From positions 744,001 to 808,000 of the forward strand of contig CM052816.1 in the NCBI GenBank assembly GCA_028534125.1: DNA of 64,000 nt, in the 5' to 3' direction. This stretch comes from Lama glama (lineage: Eukaryota). The notes under the pieces are model-generated. The model did not search any database. It saw only the letters and a program-made list of their open reading frames with translations, and was not told the DNA's origin. This document shows, piece after piece, positions 1 through 12,519 of the stretch. The translations under genes and the position numbers were made by a program. Positions within the stretch are counted from its first letter, which is position 1, and each line of letters opens with the position of its first letter.

Positions 1-219
<219 letters not shown>

Positions 220-304
220 TCAGAGTCCCTGAGCATAGGTCCACGCTGGGAAGTCAGGTGGTGAAAACAGCATATGCGTAAGAAGTCGTTTTGAAAGTCC
301 ACCC

Positions 305-485
305 TGTATGGCACAGGGAATTGTACGCAATATCTTGTAAGAACCTATAATGAAAAAGAATATGAAAACGAATAGATGTTCATGTATGTATGACTGAAAC
401 ATTAATGCTGTGCACCAGAAACTGACACATTGTAACTGACTGTACTTCAATAAAAAAGTCAAGAACAAAAAATAAAAACAAAAAT
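305..485 (+). mobile_element. L1 3' end fragment in the NLRP3 leader intron
   Basis: gcacagggaa...tatcttgtaa...tgactgaaacatt...gctgtgcaccagaaactgacacattgtaactgactgtacttcaataaaaaa; the same tail recurs at 4388, 5610, 19230 and 45321. Confidence 0.85.
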
Positions 486-717
486 GACATCTGAGCAGAG
501 ATCTGAATAAATTTAAAAGTGAGCAGAAAAAAAAAGTGTGCACACCAAAAAGGAAATTTCTCATACAAGTATATTTTACTATTAATGACCTCTCTACACA
601 TATTTTTTTAGAAGTCCACTCTCAGAGAGAACTAACCGATCAAAAACCCAGAAAAGTATCACCAGACTATATAACAAGTTGCCCTCTTTAGTTTTGAAAA
701 GTGAACCAAATACTTAC

Positions 718-958
718 CAGGTTTTCCTATAAGCTCGACCCAAGAGTGCGTCCTGAGCCATGGAAGAAAGCTGTCTCTTTGGAGAGAAACAATAATTAAA
801 CCCCCAAAACAATCACGTTAACGCAATGGGCGCCTTCAACCACCTCATGATGCCAGCTTGACCTATTGCCAAGAGAACTTTGCTCCCAGTGATTACTGGC
901 TTATGTATACATGACCTTGGACAAGCTCCTCACTATCCCTCAACTTCAGTCTCCTCAT
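718..958 (-). other. NLRP3: NLRP3 5' UTR exon with MIR-derived acceptor
   Basis: Minus strand tttatag|ATGAGGAGACTGAAGTTGAGG ... CTTTCTTCCATGGCTCAGGACGCAC ... CTG|gtaagt. Closely resembles the human NLRP3 leader as recalled; strong donor at 717-712. Confidence 0.75.
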
Positions 959-1284
959 CTATAAAATACCAGAGTGGCAAAGATGTTTTTCACATTCCTT
1001 CCAACTGAAAGACTCTGGTTTCTTGTTTCTGTTTTGACCCGAGGACAGATGAATGAGGGACAGAAGAAGAAATGGGCCAGGAAATGAGTAATTATTGTGA
1101 TAACAAGAGCAACTAGAGACAGACAAGGAGAGAGAAACATGCCAAGGAGGGGATGGTCTGCAACAGTCCTTTATCAGTCCATGGATTGATGAAAACTGAA
1201 ATGAGATGGTGTTGAGATGCTTAATGGAGAATAACAGACACATTTCTTTCATGTCTCTTTGCAAAATTCACAATCAAAATAGAT

Positions 1285-1490
1285 AGTAGCACTCACATTT
1301 ATTATGGGCTTCTCATGGGCTAGGTGCCGCACTGATACCTTTTCTCATCTAGCCCACACCAAGCCGGATGAGGTGCTTTGTATTTTTAGCACCGTTTTGT
1401 GGAGGTAGAGACTGAGCCTCAGGCTGAGTGACACAGGAAGGAGCAAAGCCAGGATTTAGACAGGGTCACTGATTTCTGAGCCATGCCCCT
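1285..1490. mobile_element. MIR SINE, degenerate
   Basis: MIR core-like gaggtagagactgagcctcag...caggatttaga. Confidence 0.55.
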
Positions 1491-2508
1491 AATATTGCAC
1501 TTTTCTCCGTCTGAAAATGTGTGAGACCATTTCTTCTGCCATATAAGTAGGTATCTCAGACAGACAGGAGGAGAAATAAAGACAATAAAATAGGTGGTTA
1601 AAAAGCAGCCCTTCCCCAGGATTGAACATGGGCAGTCTTCTGTTACAGTGTTCACCCACTCAGGTTTCCTCACTAGACTTCGAGTTCCGCAAAGACTATA
1701 AATCCGACGCTATACGTCTTTTGATCATACACATCTCCTAGAGTTTGGGTGGAGGAATGCGCTGGCTTTGTTTGGGATTGATCCCTTCATATCACTGAAT
1801 TTGTAAAGCAAGACATCAGCCCAGAGCCGTAAGTGATGCTAAAGGAAGCAGGAAGGCCCCTGAAGCTGCAGGAATCTCCAAGCTGAAATTTATAAAGACC
1901 GCAGTTTCATGTTCATGACATCTCAGTCATGCTCATCTCTCCTTCCATCTCCATTCTTGCCTCTTCACTCCTGGCCTCATGCACCCCCCCCCCAAAATCC
2001 ATCCCCTTATGTATTTAGCAGGTGATGGGAGGGGAGGGGGAACTCCAGGGACCCCCAGCTCTGCAGACCCTCCCAGGTCCTACTCCATCAATCTTCCCAT
2101 CCATACCAGGACTCAGCCTCCCCTCTGGGCTCCCCTACCCCTTACCTCAGCGCACTTCGCTCTGACCTTTACCTCCTCTGTTTCTTGGTTTCTAAAGATG
2201 CTCACTTTCTAGTATGCATCCCATCTAAACACTCCCTGGGGGAATGCTTGGCCAATTGTTGAGCCCTGGGCGTAAGCTGCGACTGTAGTTCCCGTCCTCA
2301 CCCACCCCCCCACCCCCCCACACACACATGCATTTGCACACATAGCACCCAAATACTGGCAAACATAAAAGAACATTCGAGAAACATTGTTGAAGGACAG
2401 ACTTGAAGGCTGGCAGAAGAAGTCTCCAGTCAAGTCCTGGCCCTTGGCACACTCTCCCCATTCTTCCCCTGGCCTTTCAGCCACCCCACTCCACAGAGCT
2501 GGACTCAC

Positions 2509-2529
2509 CCAGATGCCAGCCTCAGGAAC
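2509..2529 (-). other. NLRP3: NLRP3 short non-coding first exon
   Basis: Minus strand GTTCCTGAGGCTGGCATCTGG|gtgagt matches the recalled start of a human NLRP3 transcript; consensus donor at 2508-2503. Confidence 0.8.
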
Positions 2530-2760
2530 AGCCAGAAAGGAAACTAGATGAATTTATAGCAGTCACAGCCCAGCAGGGGCAGGAAGGATGTGGCCTCAGT
2601 CTGGAGTGAGCACGCTTGCATCACAGGCAAAGGCAGAGACTAACGGTTACTCACATCGCTGGATTTTCCAAACAAGTTCTCAGTGCTGAGCCTGGCTGTA
2701 GCCACAGAGATCTGGCCTCTCCTCAGTGGCCATTGGGGTGAAGAATGAGAGGAAATTGCT
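2530..2760 (-). promoter_or_regulatory. NLRP3: NLRP3 core promoter with TATA box
   Basis: TATAAAT on the minus strand at 2558-2552, about 29 nt upstream of the inferred exon start; kB-like GGAAAATCC at 2669-2661; GAGGAA ETS core near 2749. Confidence 0.65.
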
Positions 2761-2959
2761 GCTCGGTGGATGTTCCCTCTGACTCTGACAGCAGCCACGT
2801 GAGAGCTGTGACAACAAGGAGAGGTGAGGGATGGAGGAGCCCTTTGGCGGTGGTAGGTAGAGAATCAAGGGCATGACCTGGCGTCAAACCGCAGATCCTA
2901 TGCACTTTTAAGCCATCACAGGAAGGCAGTCAGCAGATAGCACAACAATCGCTTGTTAT

Positions 2960-3600
2960 TTTTTTAACCACTTTATTGAGGTAAATCTATACCTGTGAAG
3001 CCATCCCCACCATCTAGACCTTAAACGCATTTATCACCTCACGAAGTGTCTCCCCACCTATTACGATTATGATTATTATTTTGTGTGTGTGATGAGAACA
3101 CATAAGATCTACCCTTTTATTAAGCACACGGTACAGTATTATTAACCGTAGGTTCTATGCTGTAAGCAGGTCTCTGGGACTTAGTCATCTCGCATGACAA
3201 AACTGTACCCTCTGACTAGCACCCCTCTTCTGCCTCTCCCTGGCTCCTGACAACTTCCATTCTACTCTCTGTTTCTACAGATCTGACTTTTTGATACTAC
3301 GTACGAGTGACTCCATTCCGTATGTCTTTCCTGTCTGATTTATCTCACTTTGCATAATGTCATCAAAGTCCAGCCATGCTGTTGCAAATGGCAGGATTTC
3401 CATCTTTCTGGTGGCTGAATAACATTCCACTGTGCATATATAGTACATCTTCTTTATCCATTCATCTGTGGAGGGACACTTTGGTTGTCTTTTTCCATTC
3501 TTCTATTTATGGACACTTACGTCGTTTCCACATCTTGGCTGCTGTGAATAATGCCACAGTGAACATGGGAGCAGGTATCTCTTCAAGGTCTTAGTTTCAA
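2960..3600 (-). mobile_element. Old L1 (L1MA/MB-like) 3' fragment
   Basis: catgctgttgcaaatggcaggatttcc...ttccacatcttggctgctgtgaataatgcc, typical antisense L1 3' sequence. Confidence 0.85.
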
Positions 3601-4287
3601 AAAAAATAATAAAATCCTGATTTTGACTCCTTTAGACAGGCACAAACTCTACTCCCTGACTCACTTGTTCAACTAATACTTTTGGAGTAGCTGGTGTGTG
3701 CCAGGCACGAACACAAAGCGGAAAAGTACCTTGCCTTGCCCAGAAGGAGCTGTAGGAAGAAGAAACACCTAGACTTCCTTTCCTAGCTCTCACCATGGCT
3801 GCAGGACCGCAGTGCAACAAGAGCATGAGTTCAATAGAGCACGATGAGTGAGAGGCACTCAGCACCCTCAGGCGAGTGCAGGAATCCTGCAGCAAGAAGG
3901 AAAATCATCCAAGTCTAGCAGAAGGGCGCTGGCAAATGAATTTGTCTCTTTGTGCCTCAGTATTCTCATCTGTGTAATGGGACAACAATGGCACCAATCG
4001 AAGATGGTTGAGCAAATGGGTGAATGTGAGGTCTTTGGAACAGAGCCTGAATCAGAGAAGCTGGACTCAGTGGCTAGCTCCTTTATTACTGTCATTGTGG
4101 AATTACACGCAGAATGCTCTGAGAGACGAGAGAGGGGCACCTGCCCCTGCTGAAGCCAGGGCGGGAGAGCAGACTCAAGTCTCAAGACCTGCATGTTGTT
4201 AAGGGCCAGGGTGCACACAGGAGCAGTGAGGACTCCAGAGGCGGATGCTAGAGACAGAGACAGCAGATCAGTTATGCTGAAAAAGGT

Positions 4288-4612
4288 GGGGGGAGGGTAT
4301 AGCTCAGGGGCAGGGTGCATGCTTAGCATGCAGGAGGTGCTGGGTTCGAGCCCCAGTACCCCCATTAAAAAAACACCACCACCACGTTTCTACTATATGA
4401 CACAGGAAACTATATCCATTATCTTCTAGGCACCTATAATGAAAAAGAATGTGAAAAGAAATATATGTATGTGTATGACTGAAACATTATGCTATACACC
4501 AGAAATTGACACAACATTGTAAACTGACTATATTTCAATAATAAAATAAATCTTTAATGAATAAATAAACCTAATTACCTCCCCCCTCAAACAAACAAAC
4601 AAACAAAAAAAA
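4288..4612 (+). mobile_element. Vic-1-type SINE interrupted by an L1 3' tail (about 4388-4550)
   Basis: tRNA head ggggagggtatagctcag...gggttcgagccccagtacc, then the L1 tail, then the SINE tail aataaataaacctaattacctcc. Confidence 0.85.
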
Positions 4613-4834
4613 TTATCCTCGAAAGGAAAGGAGCTTATTGGCTAAACCAGGAGCCAGAGTTTATTATGCTTATTTGAGAATGAGGGAATTTTGCCTTTTC
4701 CTTGTATCTTTTTCGGTGCTATTTGAATTTTTATTTTGTGGCCATGAACATGAATTACTCATGCACTTTGTGTTTTATTCATTTAAGCCCTTCCAATGGG
4801 TTTGTCGTGAACTAGGAAATTGAAGAAATATTGC

Positions 4835-4969
4835 GGAGGAGGGTGTAGCTCAGAGGTAGAGCACATCGTTAGCATGCACAAGGTCTTAGGTTCGATCCCC
4901 AGTACCTCCCGTTAAAATAAATAAATAACCTAATTACCTCCTCCCCAAAAATTAAAATAAATTTTAAAA
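4835..4969 (+). mobile_element. Vic-1-type SINE
   Basis: tagctcagaggtagagc...ggttcgatccccagtacctcc...cctaattacctcc plus A-rich tail. Confidence 0.9.
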
Positions 4970-5307
4970 ATGTATACACTTCTCAACATAGAATCATGTG
5001 CATGTCTATATTAAGAGACAAAAGAGAACGGAGATGCTGGGGTTACAAAGGTAAATAAAACATGGACCCTGCCTCTCCTTGAGGGGGGAAATGTTAAACC
5101 AGAAAATATAACACAATGTGACGAAATTTCATAGAGGAAATTGCATAAACCTCCATGGGAAGAAGAAAGGAGATCTGACTTGGACTGATTGTTACTGGCA
5201 ATAAATTATCCATCCATTATCCATTCATTTACCCCTTCTTCTCTCCCTCTCCCATCCCTCTCAAAAAAATTTTTTTTTCTTTTTTTCCAAAAAAACCCGT
5301 GCAGTCG

Positions 5308-5401
5308 AGGGAAGGGTCTCGCTCAAGCGGTACAGCGCATGCTCAGCACCCAAGAGGTCCCGGGGATTGAACCCGGAACCTCCTCCGAGCGGAAATCAAA
5401 A
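5308..5401 (+). mobile_element. Vic-1-type SINE with internal inversion
   Basis: SINE head; imperfect TSD aaaaacccgtgcagtcga / aaaaacccacgcagttga; 5354-5382 inverted (see findings). Confidence 0.8.
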
Positions 5402-5609
5402 AACCCACGCAGTTGAACTGGTTGCAGTTATTTAAATACATTAGTCACTGGGAAACTCAAGAAGAGCAGACAAGATTTTCAGATTTCACCACCCCAATGC
5501 CCAGCTCATGTTGCACCTCTCAGCTGGCTCGTCCTCTTTTCTGCGAGGCTCAAATCAAACAATACCTGAGAGGGAAATGCAAAGTAGAAAGCAGTGTTTA
5601 CATTACTAA

Positions 5610-5938
5610 TAAAAGAGATAAACAACAAGGACCTGCTGTATAGCACAGGGAACTATGTTCAATTTCTTGTAATGGAAAAGAGTCTGAAAAGAAAATGTAG
5701 ATGTATGTATATGTATAACTGAATCACTTTGCTGTACACCTGAAACTAACTATAAATCAACTACATTAAATAAAAAATAAAACTAAAAAACGCAGTGCTT
5801 GGGGGAGCGTATGGTTCAGTGGTAGAGTGCCTGCCTAGCAGGCACAAGGTCCTGGGTTCAATCCCCAGTACTTCCATTAAAAAATAAATGAATAAAAACA
5901 AATAAAACTAATTATCTCTCCCCCTTCAAAAAAAAAAA
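5610..5938 (+). mobile_element. L1 3' tail (5610-5790) followed by a Vic-1-type SINE (5801-5938)
   Basis: aaacaacaaggacctgctgtatagcacagggaac...gctgtacacctgaaactaac; then ggttcagtggtagagtg...gggttcaatccccagtac. Confidence 0.85.
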
Positions 5939-6613
5939 TGCTCAAATGTCATTCCAGAACTTTGAAAAGATACTCTAATCACGTATAAAACATAACCCCC
6001 CCAAAATGCCTGTTACTCTGCATTCAGAAAACATGCTGTTTCAGATATAAGAATATCAGAATCAACACAAATAATAAACAAGAAAGGTCACAAAAATAGA
6101 ACACAACAATTCTCTGTTTTATCTATTCATGACCGCCTCCTAAAAACGTGGGGAATAACAATTTAATACTGTGCACCCCAGAAAGACAATTACACCCATG
6201 AAACTCCTGCAGCTCACTTCTGTAAAGCAGAGTAGAGTGGAGCTCAGGGCACGGAGCTCAAATTTGCCACAAATTGCCAAACCCGAATTTGCCACAAATT
6301 CTTTCTAATTGAATAAACTACAGGAAACTGAAACCAAACCAAAGGAAAATAAATCTACTGGGAAATCAACAACTGGTGTAAGCTACAAAGAAACAGCCTG
6401 CCAAAGACTAAAGGGAAAGAAAGAAAGCAAGGTCAGACATGCTTCTCCCACCCACCTCCAAGGACACGTGAACCAGCCCTGGTTCTGTGTGTGGGCGCAG
6501 AGGAAATGCCATACGGGTGTACTGAACCCAAAATCCAGACACAAGATAGGAAAGTACAGGCATGGTGACAAAGATCCCAAACTTTTAAAGTTAAGAGTCT
6601 ATTGAAAAGTCCA

Positions 6614-6688
6614 GAAGGGAGGGTACAGCTCAGCGGTAGAGAGCACGCATGCAGAAGTCCTGGGGTCCATCACCAGTACCTCCACTTG

Positions 6689-6751
<63 letters not shown>

Positions 6752-6787
6752 ATCTAATTACTTCCCCCCAAATACAAACAAGATTCC
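6614..6787 (+). mobile_element. Vic-1-type SINE with expanded (TAAA)n linker
   Basis: Perfect 13-bp TSD attgaaaagtcca at 6601-6613 and 6788-6800; (TAAA)n at about 6688-6752. Confidence 0.92.
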
Positions 6788-6939
6788 ATTGAAAAGTCCA
6801 AAGCAAAACTCAGTCCCCACAACTTGTGTATCTTATAACTTAATAAAAATCTTATCTGTAAACAAAGAAAACAAAGATTTCAAATTTCCTTATCAAAAAG
6901 AAGGGCTGTTTGGTAAAGTTCAGTTATATGTATTTAAAA

Positions 6940-7420
6940 AAAGTTATTTTAGTACACCTGTGTCTTATAGCAGTGTTATTTGCAATAGCCAAAATGTGGA
7001 AGTAACCCAAGTATCACTGACCAATGAATGGATAGACAAAATGTGTCATATACATATAATATGGAATATTATTCAGCCTTGAAAAAGAAGGAAGTTCTGA
7101 CATATTCCACAACATGAACCATGATGGCATCACGCTAAGTGAAAGAAGGCAGTCACCAAAAAACAAACACTGTTCCATTTACGTAAGATTCTGAGATTAG
7201 TTACATTCACAGAAACAAAAAGACTAGGGGTTGGCTGGGACCCAGAGGAGGGGAAAATGGGGAGTTGTTGTTTAATGAGTTTGTTTTGCAAGATGAAGCA
7301 TTCTGGAGACGGATGGTAATAATGGCTGCGTGATAATGTGAATGTACGTGATGTGGCTGGACTGTCTACTTAAAAATTATTAAAATGTTAAATTATATGC
7401 TATATTTTTTCATAGTAATA
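6940..7420 (+). mobile_element. L1MB-like 3' fragment
   Basis: caatagccaaaatgtggaagtaacccaag...aatgaatggatagacaaaatgtg...gcaagatgaagcattctggagacggatggt. Confidence 0.85.
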
Positions 7421-7632
7421 AAAGAGAAGAAAATCAGTTATTTTATACATTTCCACTCCTGATTTTCTCTCATTTAACCCAGAAGAGAGTAAAGAAGAGC
7501 TGTAGCATAAATCCTGCCCATAGCACTCAAACAGTTAAACTAAGCAATTATGTTTCACTTTACCACCTACATCTATATAAATTGCAGGTAAATTGAACAC
7601 TTAAAATGTTTATCTAAATATAGAGAAAAGTT

Positions 7633-7770
7633 GGGGGGGTACAGCTCAAAGTGGTGGAGCATGTGCTTAGTGTGCACAAGGTCCTGGGTTCAATTCTCAG
7701 CACCTCCTTTTAAAAAAAGTGAATAAATAAACCTAATTATATCCCTCCTCTCACTAAATAAATAAATAAA
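7633..7770 (+). mobile_element. Vic-1-type SINE
   Basis: gcttagtgtgcacaaggtcctgggttcaattctcagcacctcc...acctaatta. Confidence 0.88.
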
Positions 7771-9279
7771 TGGAAAAGACTGGAAAATAGACATATACCA
7801 TAGTTTTGCCTTGAGATCAGTCCTAAAAGTGGTTGCTGTGCAGGACGAAAGAGGAGACATCTTGTATTGGCTCTGTTCTCAAGAACTTAAGCAACTTTTT
7901 TAAAGTTATTAAAAAAAAAAAAAGCTAAAAAGATTTCCTATTAAAGAGAGCAGAAGAGAAACCTCTAACTCTTCCTGAAACCAACCCAGAACAACAAACA
8001 GAAACAATTTCCACTTCTGTGAAGCCACCAATCATGAAAGTTCCCCTCAGCTCTTGGAACCTGGCACTGCGGTGAGAAGGGACACAGTGGGGGGAAACCC
8101 ACTGCAGGAAAATGAAGAGAATCCAGGATTTTCCCAAGTAGGGAACACATACCAGTGAGGAAACAGCAACACCAGCCCCACTCTCCTTGGTATTGCAAGA
8201 TCTGGGTAGGTAGGCGAATACCAAACATCTTGAACCCTGCGGACCACAGTAGCGGCAGGATGTTGGGATGAAACAGGAACATGGGCTTTCCAAGAGTGGG
8301 TGGTTCTCTGTTACCAGGGTGGGGAAAAACTGTTGAGCCTATAGAAGCCCAATCCCCTGCTGATGCTGGTCAGCCAAGAAATCCAAACTAAATCCCCCCA
8401 AATCTATGACATGCAGGGTTTTGACATGAGTCAAGGTGACTTCCTGTTTTTCACAAGAGTATCACACCCAGCAGAGAGGAGCAGTGAGGATGGGACAGAA
8501 GGGAGGAAGGCTGGACCCAGGCTGCAGCCTGCTGAGATGAATGGTTCTCTGCTCAGAAGAGTATTTTCAAATGTATAGAATAAATCACAGAAGATTACAA
8601 AGGGAGACGTATATTGAAATGCAGGTACCAAAATATTTTTAATTAATTTATTATTTTTAATAAGTAATATAAATATTATTTATTTTGTGGTATGCATCAA
8701 TTAATGAGATCTAGCAGTAGGTCTAATAACTGGTATAATTTGGAAGTAATGATGAGGATAACTGATTTTTCAGTATATTGGTAACAACTGTAAAGTGATA
8801 TGAAAATATCTCTAATTTCTGCTGGTGACAAAAGTAGATGTTCTGTGAATACTCCTGGGCAGTGTTGCCTGCATTCGTTAGAGGAAATCAAGATGAAAAA
8901 TTTTCCCATCCAAGTTCACAGACACCTCCCCCACAGAACTATATCCACCGAAGCCTTGGGGATACAATGCTAGCTCTTCCCCACCACTACTTTCAAAAAG
9001 AGCTGTCCGAGAGAAACTCCATTATTTCAAAGAAAAGTAGTAGTTTTCTAAGGGAACCATCATGGAAACTATGTAAAGATAATGCAGAAGGGAAACACAA
9101 AAGAAGAGGCATCTGGCAAACAAAAGAAAATGAAGAACTCTTAAATACAGTAGCATGACGTAAAGCAGGTGGCAACCAGTGACAGGGACAATGACGCCTC
9201 CTCGAGCACGTCTGCTTGCTAATTCCCATAAAGTCACCTTGCACAGCAAAGGGGTTTAAGGCAGCAAATGCATCAAGTT

Positions 9280-9410
9280 TGCTAATGAGTTGCCCTTAAA
9301 TTGGGGAGTGTATCCTGTGCACTTTTCTCATGTTAATCTGTCTTTAGTTACAAGGTTTCCAATCAAGGATTCAAAAGGGTAAAGGAAAAAGAATTTGTCC
9401 TCCCCTACAT
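9280..9410 (+). mobile_element. ERV1 LTR 3' end fragment (MER34/MER39-like)
   Basis: cttttctcatgttaatctgtcttt...aagggtaaaggaaaaagaatttgtcctcccctaca. Confidence 0.55.
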
Positions 9411-9439
9411 CTCCAACCCAGATCCACCAACAGCACAAA

Positions 9440-9920
9440 CAAAAAATGCTGCAAGAAAAGAAAACTACTCTAGGCGAAGGGGGGCTTTTCATAATGATAA
9501 AAGGCTCAGTCCATGGAGACATAACAACCCGAAATATGCACTATCAAATAAGAAAATGCCAAAACAGACAGGACTGAAAGAAGAGATAGATGAACCTACA
9601 GTTGCAGCTGGGGATGTCAGCTTTCAGTAATCATTTGAACCAACAGAAAATCAGCAAGATGATAAAAAGAACTGAACACCAAAATCAACCAATTGAATTG
9701 AATAGACGTATATAGAACACTCTACCCCAAAAAGCAGAAGACACGTTTTTTTTCAAGGGCTCACGGAACATTGGAACATTTATCAAAGTATACCATGGCC
9801 CTGGACCATTAAAAAAAAATTAATAAATTTAAAAGAATTTAAATCATACAGAACATGTTCTCTTACAATAATGGTTAAAACCGGAAATGAACAGTAAGGT
9901 GACTAGAAAATCTCCAAGCC
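9440..9920 (+). mobile_element. Decayed L1 ORF2 endonuclease fragment
   Basis: FIMIKGSVHGDIT-like translation; atatagaacactctaccccaaaaagcagaagacacg...aataaatttaaaagaatttaaatcatacagaacatgttctc. Confidence 0.8.
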
Positions 9921-10841
9921 CTTTTCACTATCATGTGCCCAAATGTGGACAAGTGTCACTAGGTGAGAAAAAACAGGGTCTCATGCAGGCCACCTCCCAC
10001 AGGACCACACAAGTCCGTGAAAGTAAGCAAAACAGGGGTATTGTAAATATCCATTTGAAAAGAACAAAATCCAAGGAGGAAAGTCGAATAGGATGTAGTG
10101 AGGCATACATTAAGCACTGAAATTGCATTTCTTATTAGTACCTGAGAGTAAAGCCTGTTGGGTGTTACATAGGCTTGAAATCTTGGAAATAATAAATTGC
10201 AGACAAATAGGAAAGTCCATCTAAGACACAAAATCACAGAAGAGGCTGAAGTTATCCTAAAATATGTGAAAGTTAAGTCTTAGCTGTACTATTTGGGGGC
10301 AAACGTGATTGACCGTTGGGGCAAACCAGTGTAAGGTGACTTTTAGGCAACTGGCCTGCTTCCAAAAGCGTGGGCATTAGGGAGAGACCCCAAGCTTCTC
10401 AGATCAAGTCCAGAATCGGCTTCTCAGAGAACAAACCTTTTCATGCCTTGTGAAAAATGCCGAGGCTCAAATTCACATAACTTAGGTGGTCCACCAGCAC
10501 CACCTCTGGGGATGGATGTTGGTGCAACGAAGGGCGGAGTTTTGTTATTTGGAAGAAGAATCATGGTGGATGGAGAGAGAGCCTAGAAAGAAATGTGAAC
10601 TAAGAGGACCTCCTTAGTGCCTGTTGTCATGTTGCCTGTGCTTGTTAGCCTTGATGGGAGGTGGAGAGAGGTCTCAGGGCAGGAGGAGGATGCGTGAAGA
10701 ATAAACATGGAAAAGAGAGGGAGGGAAAGGATGGTGCTTGTCTATTCCCTGGACTGAACGCAAGCATCTTCCCCTCCATGGCGCAGAGAATAAGAAACCT
10801 CAGACTAAATCAAAGCTCACTCACTCTCCCTTAACAGACTC

Positions 10842-11280
10842 TTAGGTGGTTTCCGTATCTTGGCTACTGTGAATAATGCTGCAGCAGATATGGGACTGCA
10901 GACATCTCTTCAAACTCCTGCTTTTATTTGCATATATACCCAGAAGTGGGATAGCTGCATGATACGGATGTTCTATTTTAAATTTTTTGAGGAACCTCCA
11001 TACTGCTTCCCATAGTAGCTAAACCAGTTTACACTCCCACCCATAGTGCACAAGGGTGATAGTCAACAGTACTGCATTACATACTTGAAGTTCTAAGAGA
11101 GTAGATTTTAAACAGTCTCAACACAAAGAAAAAAAAGATAATTATGTGACATGATGGAGGTGTTAGTTAACACTATGGTGGTAATCATTTAGCAATATAT
11201 AAATGTATCAAATCAGTCTGCTGTATAGCTTAAACTTGCGCAATGTTGTATGTCAGTTACATCTCAATAAAGCTGGGAAA
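10842..11280. mobile_element. L1 fragments in opposite orientation (minus 10842-11057, plus 11058-11280)
   Basis: Antisense ORF2-end sequence directly abuts a sense 3' UTR ending catctcaataaagctgggaaa. Confidence 0.8.
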
Positions 11281-11298
11281 ATAAATACAAATTTTTAA

Positions 11299-11398
11299 NN
11301 NNNNNNNNNNNNNNNNNNNNNNNNNNNNNNNNNNNNNNNNNNNNNNNNNNNNNNNNNNNNNNNNNNNNNNNNNNNNNNNNNNNNNNNNNNNNNNNNNN
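11299..11398. other. Assembly gap (100 N) followed by an AT-rich low-complexity tract to about 11675
   Basis: N run; degenerate (TA)-rich sequence follows. Confidence 0.99.
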
Positions 11399-11934
11399 GT
11401 TTTATATATATTATATGTAAATACATATATATTTTATAATATATTAACACATATATTAATATACTATGTATTTATATTAAATATATAAATATAATATGTA
11501 ATATAAATGTAATTATATAATTATATATTATATAATAGATAATATGATATATTATACATAATAAATAATGTAATGTACTATGTATTATATTATTACTATA
11601 TTAATATATTCAAAGTTTTATATATAAATATGTTATATATTTTATATAGTATGTATTATATATAAATATAATATATCTCTCTCACTCATTCTCAAAAGAA
11701 CTCTCATCTCCCCCTGTACCCTGAGAAGGCCTTCACATTCAGACACTTCTTTCTATTACATAACAGTAAGCATGTGTCCATTTTCAGCCCACACTGCCTG
11801 CAGTGCAGTATATCTAATATTCTTTCCCATATTTCTGTAACTGTTCTGTTCAAAGCACGTATTATTATAAGCTACTTCTAAATGTGACAGGATGCATTAA
11901 AAAAAAAAATCCAGCCTTTCAGGTAATGGTGAAC

Positions 11935-12370
11935 AGTGACCAAAACCCCTCTTCTTGCCAAAATTTACTCAAGCTCCTTTGAGCCATCTTCTCCTCCACT
12001 AGGCCCTGAAATTGGCCCTCATCCCACCTTCTGTCTGCTAAGACATCCCCCTGATCCTTGATATCTGATCACCTTGGGTATCCAATCAAGTTACTCATCC
12101 CCTATCCTTGATGTCTAGGCCCTTGGCAGGCCTTTGGCAAGAATCTTGTTAGGTCGCTTCAGTGAGAATCCCTCTGCCCTTGATGGCTCCTCCTAGGAAT
12201 TGTCCATCCACTGACCCCATCACTCTTCACAGCTATAAATCCCCAGCTATCTTTACTGTATATGGAGTTAAGCTCAATCTCTCTCCCCTATTGCAATATC
12301 TCTATTTCGTCCTTTATAAAGTCTCCGTTACCATTTTAACAAGTGTCAGAATAATTACTTTCTTTAACAA
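11935..12370 (+). mobile_element. ERV1 solo LTR, MER31/MER67-like
   Basis: gcaagaatcttgttagg...ctataaatcccc...ctcaatctctctcccctattgcaa...ttctttaaca; homologous to minus-strand copies at 27460 and 52787. Confidence 0.75.
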
Positions 12371-12519
12371 CAGCTGTCACTCAACTTCCTAATGATATAA
12401 TATAATTCAGTTCATCTAGAGTCCCAGAGTGAGAACATTGTGCTGAAAAAAAGATAAACTTCAACATTTTGCAACAGGTCAGATATTTCCATCGCTCTTT
12501 TTGTGCACAAAATACACCT

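Noticed and set aside
220..601. Minus-strand ORFs just upstream of the NLRP3 ATG as an N-terminal extension
   Set aside because: They derive from an antisense L1 tail in the intron and stop before the NLRP3 ATG.
2280..2294. ZNF143/THAP11-like motif gactgtagttcccg
   Set aside because: Two mismatches in the ACTAC core of the consensus; insufficient support.
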